Both the position numbers and the translations under genes were made by a program. Below, piece by piece: positions 52,781-64,000 of a stretch of 64,000 nucleotides of DNA. The notes beneath the pieces are model-generated. The model was not told the DNA's origin. It saw only the letters and a program-made list of their open reading frames with translations, and ran no database searches. The DNA is from Octopus vulgaris (lineage: Eukaryota). Positions within the stretch are counted from its first letter, which is position 1. Each line of letters starts with the position of its first letter. The stretch is from assembly GCA_951406725.2 (NCBI GenBank), contig OX597823.1, forward strand, positions 103,230,001 through 103,294,000. Direction: 5' to 3'.

Positions 52781-53158
52781 TGTGTGCGTGCGTGCAATAT
52801 AAATTGTTTTATACTAAACATGGGAAGTAACTCTTCAAAATTGTAAGGGAGGTAACTGCGGACGACCTGGGCTTATGTTAGAAAACGTTCTCTAGAATTA
52901 TTATTCAACTGAGTCGTTTAATATGTCAATTAATTTTTAGAGTTTGTTTTGAATTCTTTTCAAAAACTGGATTCACATAATGTGGTAAAGACAATCTGTT
53001 TTGTAAACGGATGAATAATAATTCTAGAGAACGTTTTCTAACATAAGCCCAGGTCGTCCGCAGTTACCTCCCTTACAATTTTGAAGAGTTACTTCCCATG
53101 TTTAGTATAAAACAATTTATATTGCACGCACGCACGCACGCACACACCGACCGACCGA
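52769..53158. repeat. Near-perfect inverted repeat (arms ~52769-52907 and 53012-53158; 104-bp spacer)
   Basis: The arms are exact reverse complements apart from the number of GCAC units. Confidence 0.95.
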
Positions 53159-53355
53159 TGTAAAAGAGATACCTTGTTATCTAGCCAGAAGGAAAAGCAA
53201 GAGAAGGAGAAAGAGAGAGAGAGAGTGAGAGAGAGAGAGAGAGAGGGAGAGAGGGAGATAGAGAGCGAGAGAGAGAGAGAGATCAAAAATGAGGGCAGAA
53301 ACAGGTGTGCTACTCTAGAGGAGATACATGGCTACCCAGCCAGAGGGAAGAGCAA

Positions 53356-53399
<44 letters not shown>

Positions 53400-54447
53400 A
53401 AGAGCAAAAGTGCAAGAGAGCAGGAGAGAGATGGTGGTGAAGTGCCAGGGTATACTCACAAGTAACAAGGATCAGAGCATAGTTGGAATGATAGAGTAAA
53501 GAAGAGAGAGATAAATGGTGGCAATTGCCAGGGCATGCCCTTAAGGTACGGGGGTCATAATATACGCGGCCAGGTATTATCGAGAAGGCGCGAGTAAGGA
53601 GTAGGGATTGCAGTGAGTGGTGAAAACCTAGTTATAAAGATAGGGTGGGGGAAAGCAGCGATACATTGAGGACCGGGGTGGGACACAATCATAGTGTGTG
53701 AAAAGAAAATGTGAGGAAGAGAAAGATGCAGTTTAGAAGAGGAGATGTAGTTCGGTTTCTTGGAGTAGGATGTGTGAAAAGTTTATTGTGTGCACACACA
53801 CACACACACACGAGCGTGTGGGCGTGTGTGAGTGCGTGTATGTTTGTGTCTCCTGATCGTGACATCGTGCGATAGTCATTCATTTCCATGGCCACGGGAG
53901 AATATTACCTGGGAACAGGTGAAGGTGGGTGACAGGAAGGACATCCGTTCGTACAAATCTGCCTTATAAAACTTCGTCTGACCCATGCAAGATGGGAAAA
54001 GTGGACGTTAAAACAACAATGATGTTGAGGATTTGAAATCAGGAATGTTGGTCTCCTTGTCCAGTTTACTCTACTCCAATAATTCTGATGCCATGATTCT
54101 CAACTCTCAAGGATTTTGTTGTCGAATATTTATTGTTTATCGACATATCTGAATGACTCTTCACAGACTCTAATCACCCAACCGCGAAGAGTTGCAACAT
54201 CGGATTCATTTCTTAACGGTCGAAAGACTTTCTTGCTATGTGTTAACTACTGACCCATAACAATTATTTTCCACTTTCTATTTTTTCATTATTTACTTGT
54301 CTCTGTCTGTCTGTCTGTCTTCTCGCCCCCCTCTATCTCCCCACAGCCACCTTCATTGAACAGACGACATAAAGGTCAATGAGATTACAAATGTAGAATT
54401 TGCGATTTCTTCGGTTACACTTTCACGGACATTCGGAAGCATATTGA

Positions 54448-54832
54448 GAGGCTGTGTGGTAAGTAGCTTGCTTACCAACCACATGGTTCCGGGTTCAGTC
54501 CCACTGCGTGACACCTTGGGCAGGTGCCTTTTACTATAGCCTTGGGTCGACCAAAGCCTTGTGAGTGGATTTGGTAGACGGAAATTGAAAGAAGCCCGTC
54601 GGATATATGTATATATATATGTGTGTGTGTTTGTGTGTCTGTGTTTGCCCCCCAAACATTGCTTGACAACCGATGCCGGTGTGTTTACGTCCCCGTAACT
54701 TAGCGGTTCGGCAAAAGAGACCGATAGAATAAGTACTAGGCTTACAAGGAATAAGTCCTGGGGTCGATATGTTCGACTAAAGGTGGTGCTCCAGCATAGC
54801 CGCAGACAAATGACTGAAACAAGTAAAAGAGT
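54448..54832 (+). mobile_element. tRNA-derived SINE family B, full length
   Basis: ggctgtgtggtaag (A box)...gggttcagtcccactgcg (B box)...aaatgactgaaacaagtaaaagag tail. Confidence 0.85.
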
Positions 54833-55261
54833 ATATGAAACCCTTGGTTTGTGATAAATGTGGTTAGACTCTTCTCTTTTTATCTTTTATCTTTTATACT
54901 TGTTTTATTTGTTGGACTGCGGCCATGCTGAAGCATCGTCTTGAGAGATATTAGTCGAACAGATCGATCCTGGTACTTATTCTATCCGTCACTTTTACTG
55001 AATCACTAAGTGAAATGGACGAAAACAAGCCAACACCGCTTGTCACACTGTGCAGGTAGTGGTGGACAAACACAAATACACACTCGCACACACTCACACA
55101 CACTTATACACATATATGTATATATGTGTATACACTCACACACACACACACTTTATTCGTGGGGTAACCATAGTTTTGACTGTGACTTCGAAGTTTAGGC
55201 CTGCTTAGTCTTCATCGGAGTGTTGGCTTTACATAATACATGCACACAGACATGTGTTCAC

Positions 55262-55618
55262 ACATGCATACATACATACATACATGCATACATACATACA
55301 TACACGTACATACATACATACATACATACATACATACATACATACATACATGCATACATACACGTACGCATACATGCATACATGCATACATGCATACATG
55401 CATACATGCATACATACATACATACATACATACACGTACGCATACATGCATACATGCATACATGCATACATGCATACATGCATACATACATACATACATA
55501 CATACATACATACATACATACATACATACATACATACATACATACATACATACATGCATACATACATACATACATACACAAAAAGTTACACACACACACG
55601 CACACACACACACACACA
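55262..55618. repeat. (CATA/CATG)n microsatellite with a higher-order duplicated block
   Basis: The block cacgtacgcatacatgcatacatg... occurs twice. Confidence 0.95.
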
Positions 55619-55894
55619 TCTTTTAAATTGTATTTCATTTATTGTTTGACATTTAATAAAATGGCTTTTTGGTGTGAACTTATTAATAATTATAGGAAAT
55701 ATTTGCAGAAGTCGCTGAAGTTTCTCGAAGACAGCAAGTTTGTCTTCCAGTCACATGTTTCGAAGAGGCAGTAAGCTATCTGATACCGCCGAAGCCTCGG
55801 CTACCAAGGAAAATTTTGTACGGATCACTGACGAAATACAAAAGACTTCCGAAGAAATTACACACACACACACACACATACCCCCCACACAGAC

Positions 55895-55933
<39 letters not shown>

Positions 55934-56139
55934 CACACACACACACACACATACACACAAACATCCTCACTCGTATTTATGTGTTTACGTCATAAGAATT
56001 TAGAAATTTCGAGAGATGTAAAATAGAGTTTAACGGTTGAACTTTAAGTCTAACTATAAATCATCACTTCTGCTTCATTTCTTCTTTTGCTTAGTTTCAG
56101 CCATTTGAATGTGGCCATATGTCACATAACTAGCAATTT

Positions 56140-56490
56140 TGAGGGGAGGGGTAAGTCGATTACATCGATCCCAGGGCTTAATCGACCCTGAAAGGATGAA
56201 AGGCAAAGTCGACCTCAGCGGAATTTGAACTCAGAATGTAACGGCAGACGAAATACCCATTTCTTTACTACCCACAAGGGGCTAAACACAGAGAGGACAA
56301 ACAAGGACAGACAAACGGATTAAGTCGATAACATCTACCCCAGTGCGAAACTGGTACTTAATTTATCGATCCCGAATGGATGAAAGGCAAAGTCGATCTC
56401 GGCGGAATTTGAACTTAGAACGTTACGGCAGACGAAATACCGCTAAGCATTTCGCCCGGCGTACTAACGATTCTGCCAGCTCGCCGCCTT
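56140..56490 (-). mobile_element. tRNA-derived SINE family C copy
   Basis: Reverse complement of the 27346-27746 consensus, with CpGs well retained. Confidence 0.85.
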
Positions 56491-57662
56491 AATAAAGGCT
56501 AGAAATAATACTTTTTGCTATAGGCACAAGGCTTGACATTTGGTGGGGGAGGAGGCTAGTCGATTACATCAACCCAATACTTATTCTGTTGACCGCAAAA
56601 AAGGATAAAATGGCAAAGCCGACCTCGGCGAAATTTGAACTCAGAGACGAGCGAAATGCCGCTAAGCATTTTGACAGGCGTGCTAACGATTTCGTCTTAC
56701 TAAAGAGTATAAATAATAAAGTATGACTAATATTAGGTTAAAAAACCCTCAATGGATAAGAAAGGTCGAAGGTTGTTCGTAGGACGCGAATGCACATCGT
56801 CTGCAAACATGACCGACGTTCTACCGTATATATACATTCTTTTGTTTTTAAATTTGTTCTTTTTGGAAATGTAAAGAGGGGAATATAAAAAAAAAATGAG
56901 GAAATTTGAATTTAATCTTTTAGGAAATGTAAAGGGGGAAAAATTATCAAGCAAGATATATGGTAGAGGATATAGGTGTTTTATGGGCAAACGGCCAAGA
57001 AGTTCGCCATTGCGCAGGATCTTAAGAAAATGTCATTTTCTGTAGCCTTGGTTCGACCTATACTTTATGAGTGAAATTGGGTTGACGGAAACTGTATGGA
57101 AGCTCGTCAGAATGGATTGCATCTGTAATCCAAAAAGGCAAAGTCTTGTCTTTCATTGTGTCACGCTGATTTTACCCGAGAATTAAATCAAAGGTGTATG
57201 TATTTGTATAATACTTGGCCACTGATACGTTAATTCAGGGGCAGGTAATCCAGTTGACCGACAAATTAAATCCTCATCGTCGAACGACGGTGATACCCCT
57301 CAAACAGGCAAAATCGTCAGAACGTCTGGAAAATTATTTGCGATATTTGTTTCGGCTCTTTGCATTCTGAGTTCAAATTCCGCCGAGGTTTATTCTGCCT
57401 ATCAACCCCAGGGGTCTATATAATAAAGTACTAGTTAAATGCTAGGGGTTATTGACTAACCCACACCTGTCCTAAAAATTGCTGGCTTTCTGTCTAAAAT
57501 CAGAAATCACATATTTTGTGATAATTAAGGTGGCGAGCTGGGAAAAATGCTCAGCGACATTTCTTACGACAGTTTGCGTTCTAAGTTCAAAATCCGTCAA
57601 GATCAACTTTATGTTTCGAGGTCGAAAAAAAAAGGTATCAGTTGAGTGCTGTGGTCGATGTA

Positions 57663-58961
57663 CGAGGGGTGTTCATGAAAGATTTCCCCTGATACACATT
57701 TTAAGGACTGGGATAAATGTAACTTGGCATAATTATTAGTCCTTCTCTACATAGCTAGCATCAAAGGTGACACACTTCTCCCATCGCTTTATGCAGCTGT
57801 GAAGATCTCGTCTGTAGAAGTCGGTAGGTTGTGTCTGGATTCAAGACCTTACCTCGGAAATAAGTTCATCATCATCATCCGAAAAATATTTTTCCTTCAA
57901 AAAAGACTTCATAGTTGGAAAGAGGTGGGAGTCAGATGCGCGACGTCTAGAGAGTAAGGGGAACGAGGAAGAATTCATAGCCGCAGGAGTGTGCTTTCAT
58001 CTGGGCAACGTGCGCATTGTGAATTAGAGCGTTGTCTTGGAGGAGGAGGACTCCTTTGGTCAGCATGTCATGCCTCTCTGCTTTGATGGCGTCCCGCAAT
58101 TTCTGTAGCACAGAAGCATAATATGCCCTGTTAATTATGGTGCCCTTTGCCAGAAAATCCATCATCACTTCTCCGTGTTGGTCCCAAAAGACTATGAGCA
58201 TCGCTTTGCATGCTGAAGGTTGGTCACGAGCCTTCTTTGGAGGTGGTGAGGTATCATGCTTCCATTGCTTCGACTGGACTTTAATCACAACATCATACTG
58301 ATGGACTTATATTTCATCTTGTGTGATAAGTCTGCCGAAAAAGTTTCCCTTGTTTTCTTGGCACATTGCCAAAAGATCCTGGGAGCAATTGACTCGTTTC
58401 TGGTTCTGAAAAGGCGTGAGTATTCGGGGAATCCATTGTGCAGACAACTTCTGCATGTGCAAATGGTCATGAATGATTTTTTTTTACGGATCCTTACACT
58501 TATCTTCACTTCTTGGGCTAGTTGCCGAATAGTTATGCGGTGATCCTCCAAAATGGCGGTTTCCACTTTATGGATGGTGTCATCATCAATGGCGGAATGT
58601 GGTCGTCCGGGAATAGGAGCAGTTCCCACCGATGTCCGACCACATTTGAACTGGCGATGCAAATGCTTGACTATTTTGTATGATGGTGTATCGCCACCAT
58701 AAACTTCTTTCATCTCATCGAAAGTTCCATTTGGTGTACGACCTTTCAAGTACAAGAACCGAATTATCGATCTGCATTCAACTGCTTCCACTATGAACAC
58801 CTTAGTTCACTTCAGCAGCCGTAAAAGACAAACGAATACTTGTGGAAAGCTACAATTTACAATGTGACATGTAGAGACATGTATGATTATACCTGTACGA
58901 GTTCCGTTTCCTGCAATAACCTGAAGTAGGTCAGGGGATATCTTTAATGAGCCACTCCTCG
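57663..58961 (-). mobile_element. Full-length defective mariner (Himar1/Hsmar2 irritans-like)
   Basis: TA TSDs; ~30-bp TIRs CGAGG.GTG..TCAT.AAAGAT.TCCCCTGA. Frameshifted transposase 58800 to 57736: RSIIRFLYLKG..PGRP..DHRITIRQLA, MLIVFWDQHG, LLQDNA..H, YSLDVA/SDSHLF, RWEKCV...YVEKD*. Confidence 0.93.
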
Positions 58962-59739
58962 TAATCGGCTAACTCCTTCCCCTAAAGTTACTGGCTTTGT
59001 GCTAAAAGTTTGAAACATTTGTTTAGGAGGCGGTATGTCGACAGAATCGGTTACCGTGCCGGATAAAATGCGTAGCGGCATTTTTTTCAGCTTTATGTTT
59101 CCGTGAAGGTAGACTTTACCTTTCATCCTTCCGAGGTCGAGAAAATAAAGTACTAGTCAAGTACTGGGGTCCATGTAACCGACTTCCCCTTCCCCTCAAA
59201 GCTGCAAGCCTGGTGCCAAAATTACAAAGAAATATGTTTTATATGCAGAGTGAACTGACAGAGTTTGTCGGCCAGAACGACTAGCAATAACAGTTCCGAC
59301 TTCATTTCTTTTTCAAGAAGTAAGATTGTTGTTTAGTTATCATTGGGAGAAATGTACAAAATATTAAAAAAGAATGACCGTGGAAAAACTCGCAGGGACT
59401 CTTGCTGCTTGAAAAAGAAACAGTAAAGTGTATGTTAACATACTTAATGTAGTGAAGCAAGAAAATTCAATTCGTTAAAACTGCGATCTTTGCGAGGATA
59501 GAAAACAATTCATTAATCTAAATGATTAATTGTGATCAAGAAAGGCAAGGAAGTTAACTCCGGAATTAATTAAAATTAAATAAAGTTAATTTCTTGCTTC
59601 TGTATTTTTTGAGAAATAGAGCAAACACGTACGCACACACACATACACACACAATAACACACACATACACATACAATAACACACATACAAATGCATGTGT
59701 GTGTGCATGTATGTATGCATGTATGTATGAATGAATGTG

Positions 59740-59803
<64 letters not shown>

Positions 59804-59877
59804 GGGATTTGGTGCGCCCAGTGAGCGACTAATTTACCGTTGAGGATGCGGCAATAAAGCAATATCAGGTTCACGTC

Positions 59878-59927
<50 letters not shown>

Positions 59928-60402
59928 AAATAAACGGAAGCTTAATTGTTGGATAATTCAATAATATAGAATTACGGTTGCCGCGCACCAAAACCGCTCC
60001 GTCAAGTGTGTCTCCTTGATAGCTTCCTGAACGTGTACGGGTTGAGGTTATTACTTGGGAGACTGCAGGGGACTCTTTAATAAAATGTCTCTTGGTTCAG
60101 GATTCAGGGCCTTAGTCACTAGCTTCATTAATTAGTTAAATTATTAATTAATTAATTATCTAATTAATTAAATCATTTACTTATTTCATAACGCAGTATT
60201 TGAGCAATACTGGAAACCGGTTTCCAGCGAACCAGTCACTGATTCACTGTTGTTCATTTGACAATAACTGCAACGGAACAGTTATGTGTAGCTCGGTCTA
60301 AGATAAATATAGCAAGGGACATCGTTCGTAGAGCACCGCTTTTTGGTTTGGTTTCCTTACCATTGAGTACATCTTTCGCCGAAATATGTTTGCGGTTTAC
60401 TG

Positions 60403-60816
60403 GAATATTTACCTTTTGACCGACAGATTTAAAAAATAATTTTTTGTAACTAAACACTTTCAAACTTCGGAGACTGGTAGGATGTGTCATATAAGACATC
60501 TTTTACTCTTAGCGTTTTTGAGGAAAACTTATATTTACGAAGTTATTTTACGTTAAAGTTGTAGTATTTCGGTAACTTCAACCAATCAATGACGTATTCA
60601 GCTGAATAAAATTACTACCGTTGTTTGTCAACAAGAACTTCCGGCGGTGTATATTTCGTTTGTCACTGTTATTTATAACAACCCTATCCCTAAAACCTTA
60701 AAGCTAAAACCAGGAGCAACGCACGAACGATGTCATAAACAACAGTGTCCGAAGTTTGAAAGTGTTTAGTTACAAAAAATTATTTTTTAAATCTGTCGGT
60801 CAAAAGGTGAAGATCC
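60403..60816. mobile_element. MITE with ~70-bp TIRs and 8-bp TSD GTTTACTG (Merlin/MULE-like)
   Basis: ACCTTTTGACCGACAGATTTAAAAAATAATTTTTTGTAACTAAACACTTTCAAACTTCGGA is mirrored at 60748-60808; GTTTACTG at 60395-60402 and 60817-60824. Confidence 0.88.
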
Positions 60817-62429
60817 GTTTACTGTCGTAAAAAAAGCGAAAGTAAATTGGTCTAAAAACTAAAAGTAAATTCCACTAGAAACCGGAAGTGACGACGGTGA
60901 CATACCATAAATTCATGTAAATAATGTGTCACTCTTTTACCTGCTTGTATATTAGTTGAATTATAGGGTCAAATGGCTCTTCTCAAAAAACAGAATTGGG
61001 TCTTATAGTTCAAGTAAATTCACAGAAACGACGTCACCGCTTCAGTTATTTCCTCACAGCTCATTAACCGTGCAGGATTATTGATTGCTCACATGTAGCT
61101 GTGATGGCTATCATGTGTCCACATGGAAGATAGCGAATTGCCTTTTCAATAGTGTTCGTTACTGGATGTGGTACGCTGGAACGGTGTACTTCAGCTGCTA
61201 TTTCTGAAGTACTTAATGCATTACTAGAATGTACTATAACGGTGCTGATTATCTGGTTTATCGCCAGTTTATAAAAGGTTTCACTTGGAAGAGATGATAA
61301 ATATAACTATTTCTTGAGTAGGAATCTATGGTGATAAACCCGTCACTTATAACTTAATTATAAGCATTTACCACCGTACATAAATCTTAACTCGGGCTGC
61401 GTAAACGCCGTGGTGAATTATACACACCAAGACGCCAAATAGCAGTTTCATAGTTGCAGAAATAAATTTCATCAACAGGTTGAAGAAAATGAAGAAAGAG
61501 GAGTTATTTACTTAATTAGTTTATTTACGCTCAATTAATATTTACAGTACATTTTATAAGTCAAAAGAAAACTGTCGTAGAGAATTACGACATAAAATTT
61601 ATATTAACTAATTCTTCCATAACTAAGCTATAAGAGTTTTAAACAACAATTCAAAATAGTCTTGTTGAATAAGATAAGAGATATGGCATGGCAGTAACCA
61701 ATGTCTTAAGAGAGTGAGTGTCGTGGAATCCAATGACAACCAACGAACACTGATTAATTTCCCCCAAATCAGGGTTTTTATAACTGTTCATACCTGAATT
61801 CTAAGAACCATATTTCGTGAAAGATTTCTCTTTGACGAAAGTTACATTTCAAATATATGGGCAATAATTTTAACCAATGGGAAACTAATAATTATACCTA
61901 TTCGTGCAACATGACCGTTACGTCATATTGCCGCCGATAAAGGTTTATTATGACTTTCATCGTTACAGTACTATACGTGTAGGGGTCTGTGGACGTGGCA
62001 TAATGAGGAAGCCCCTTAAGTTCTTTTCATGAAATTTTGTCGCCTTTTTCTATCGCAATTCACTTCATTTTTTTTAGGATAATTTAATTTCACATCTTTT
62101 TACAACAGTAAACTGCATCCACATCGTGTTGTTTTTGATGTTTCTTTTTCGATGTTTTGTTGGTTAAATCCTGAAGAAAGTTCGTACATGTTGTGATATC
62201 AACTCTTACGCTGTAATCTTCATATGTTGAGACCCCCAAAGTCACTCATCAGCAGGAGGTGAATTTAGTCAAGTTTGGATACAGTATTGCTATTCGAATA
62301 CTGCATTTCCGAGATTGGTTTATACTACGACAAGAATCAGTTTCAATTGAAGATATCTCCATGATACCCGGTCCTAAGTTTTACATGTGAAGAAGTTTCA
62401 TTTTTATGAATAGCGGCTAGATGACCTAT

Positions 62430-62635
62430 GCAGAGGCATGGCGAGAAGAGGATTGTTGCAAAGACATCCTCTTGCTTCAGATTAGTTCTGACCTCAAACG
62501 GTAGTGATGCTAATCCTGTTTATAGCAGAACAATCCATGATGTCATGAAGAGAGTGGATGATGGCAAGGAATTTCGGTGGAATGCCAAATTCCTGAAATA
62601 TTTTACGACACATGCTGTCAAAAGCTTTGGTTAGG
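62430..62635 (-). mobile_element. RTE LINE reverse-transcriptase fragment
   Basis: LTKAFDS...FQEFGIPPKFLAIIHSLH, the typical RTE RT segment. Confidence 0.75.
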
Positions 62636-62962
62636 ATGTAAAACAAAAAAGATACGGCGGCTTGTTGTTTCATGTCGCTTTCTTGTAGTGGATGGAGAGC
62701 AAATAAGCATGTACACTGTGCCACGTCCAGGGTCAAATCCAGGTAAATAATAAATATAAAAAAATCAATACATTTCAGGTAATGAAAAATATTAGTCATA
62801 AATATAAAATATATTACAAATATCGGCGCATTGAGTAAATAAGGCATTTCGCAACTCCGTAGTTGTAGGCTCAAATTCAATTCACCGCATCTTGGTTCTA
62901 GGTTGACTACAGCCTTGTGAGCGAATTTGATTGACAGAAACTATGCAGAAACCCGTCGTAAA

Positions 62963-63013
<51 letters not shown>

Positions 63014-63827
63014 AATATACATAAACACACACACATATGATACTCTTATCTATTCAGTTCTTTTTTTCCCTGATTGTGTGTTTCTGTTGGTCTCTCGTCA
63101 CTTGACAACCGGTGTTGGTTTGTTTACATTCTCTTAACTTAGCAGTTCGACAAAAAGATCCGATGGAATAAGTACCAGACATAAAATATATACGGAGGGG
63201 TCAATTTGATAGACTAAAACTTTGAAGGCAGCAGTACCTGAGCATGACCCCAATGACGGAAACTACTAAAAGGGAAAAGAATAAGTTCGGAGCCAGAACT
63301 TGAACTCAGAATGTATAATTGTTAGTCGTCTAAAATATATTCCTATACTGGTTTCAAATTCTGGCACAAGGGGCCAACATTTTTTGTCTCTTTTTTCCTC
63401 TTTTTTCGTCTCCTCTCATTTCGTACTTTTGTTTATAGTTCATTACGCATGACTATGTCTGTCGACGAAAAGTCTGGCGGTAAGAAGTGAAGGGCGAAAA
63501 CAGTTTTCAAATTTCTTCTATTTTTAATTACTTTTTCAAAAATTAGAAAAAATTAATGCGAGTCTAAAGACGACTATTAATCTGTGTGTGTGTGTGTGTG
63601 CGTGTCTGTATACACACACACACACACACAAAGTCTTTATGACCGCTCAATATCTGATAAATTGTTTTATAAAAAAGGCTAAAAAACAGAAAGACCCAGA
63701 ATACTCATGGGTTCTTTGAATTTTGTGAGTGGATAAGGGGTTCCCTGAAAACAGTTTTGTTCCTCTTTGCAAATTTTCTCTATGAATCTCTGGACAGAAG
63801 GATCAGCGAAAAGAAAAAGAGAAAGAT

Positions 63828-63894
<67 letters not shown>

Positions 63895-64000
63895 TCTATG
63901 TATATGTCGTATCACCTTCAGAAAGGCACTAGTGCTCCAGAGTCCTTGACCCACTTATGAATATAATAAAATATTGCAAGTCATTTAATCTGTCACTGCT

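Noticed and set aside
52556-52846. RSVG/TDRP repeat ORFs
   Set aside because: (GGTC)n microsatellite
55212-55774. HTYI/MYVC repeat ORFs
   Set aside because: (CATA)n microsatellite
55697-55860. AG/GT-bounded exon-like segment
   Set aside because: Read-through gives SHVS..RLPRKILYGSL, typical of a LINE ORF2 C-terminus, so it is more likely a retroelement scrap

Overview
AT-rich, microsatellite- and SINE-dense eukaryotic DNA. The repeat families and the abundance of (CA)n, (TA)n and (CAT)n suggest an octopus or other coleoid cephalopod genome (inference). Two spliced genes can be rebuilt on the + strand with phase-consistent GT-AG junctions. The first is the last six coding exons of an iRhom (inactive rhomboid, RHBDF-like) gene at 2347-15119; its 5' part lies outside the window. 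The second is an apparently complete LTV1 40S-biogenesis factor gene of about 439 aa, with a probable ATG-only first exon at 32086 and a stop at 49508. The rest is mostly mobile DNA: three SINE families, decayed Tx1/L1, CR1 and RTE LINE fragments, two full-length dead mariners, piggyBac-derived elements, a non-autonomous Helitron, two MITEs with 8-bp TSDs and a 1.7-kb (TA)n block. Most ORFs in the supplied track are repeat artefacts. I see no clear-cut new biological system. The best leads are: the iRhom keeps both catalytic residues (GPSG plus His); a fold-back encloses a tRNA-like head; inverted SINE pairs bracket iRhom exons; an RTE insertion is 5'-inverted; hammerhead-ribozyme-like relics lie in an LTV1 intron; there is a near-perfect ~390-bp palindrome; and there are candidate decayed or unannotated minus-strand coding sequences.
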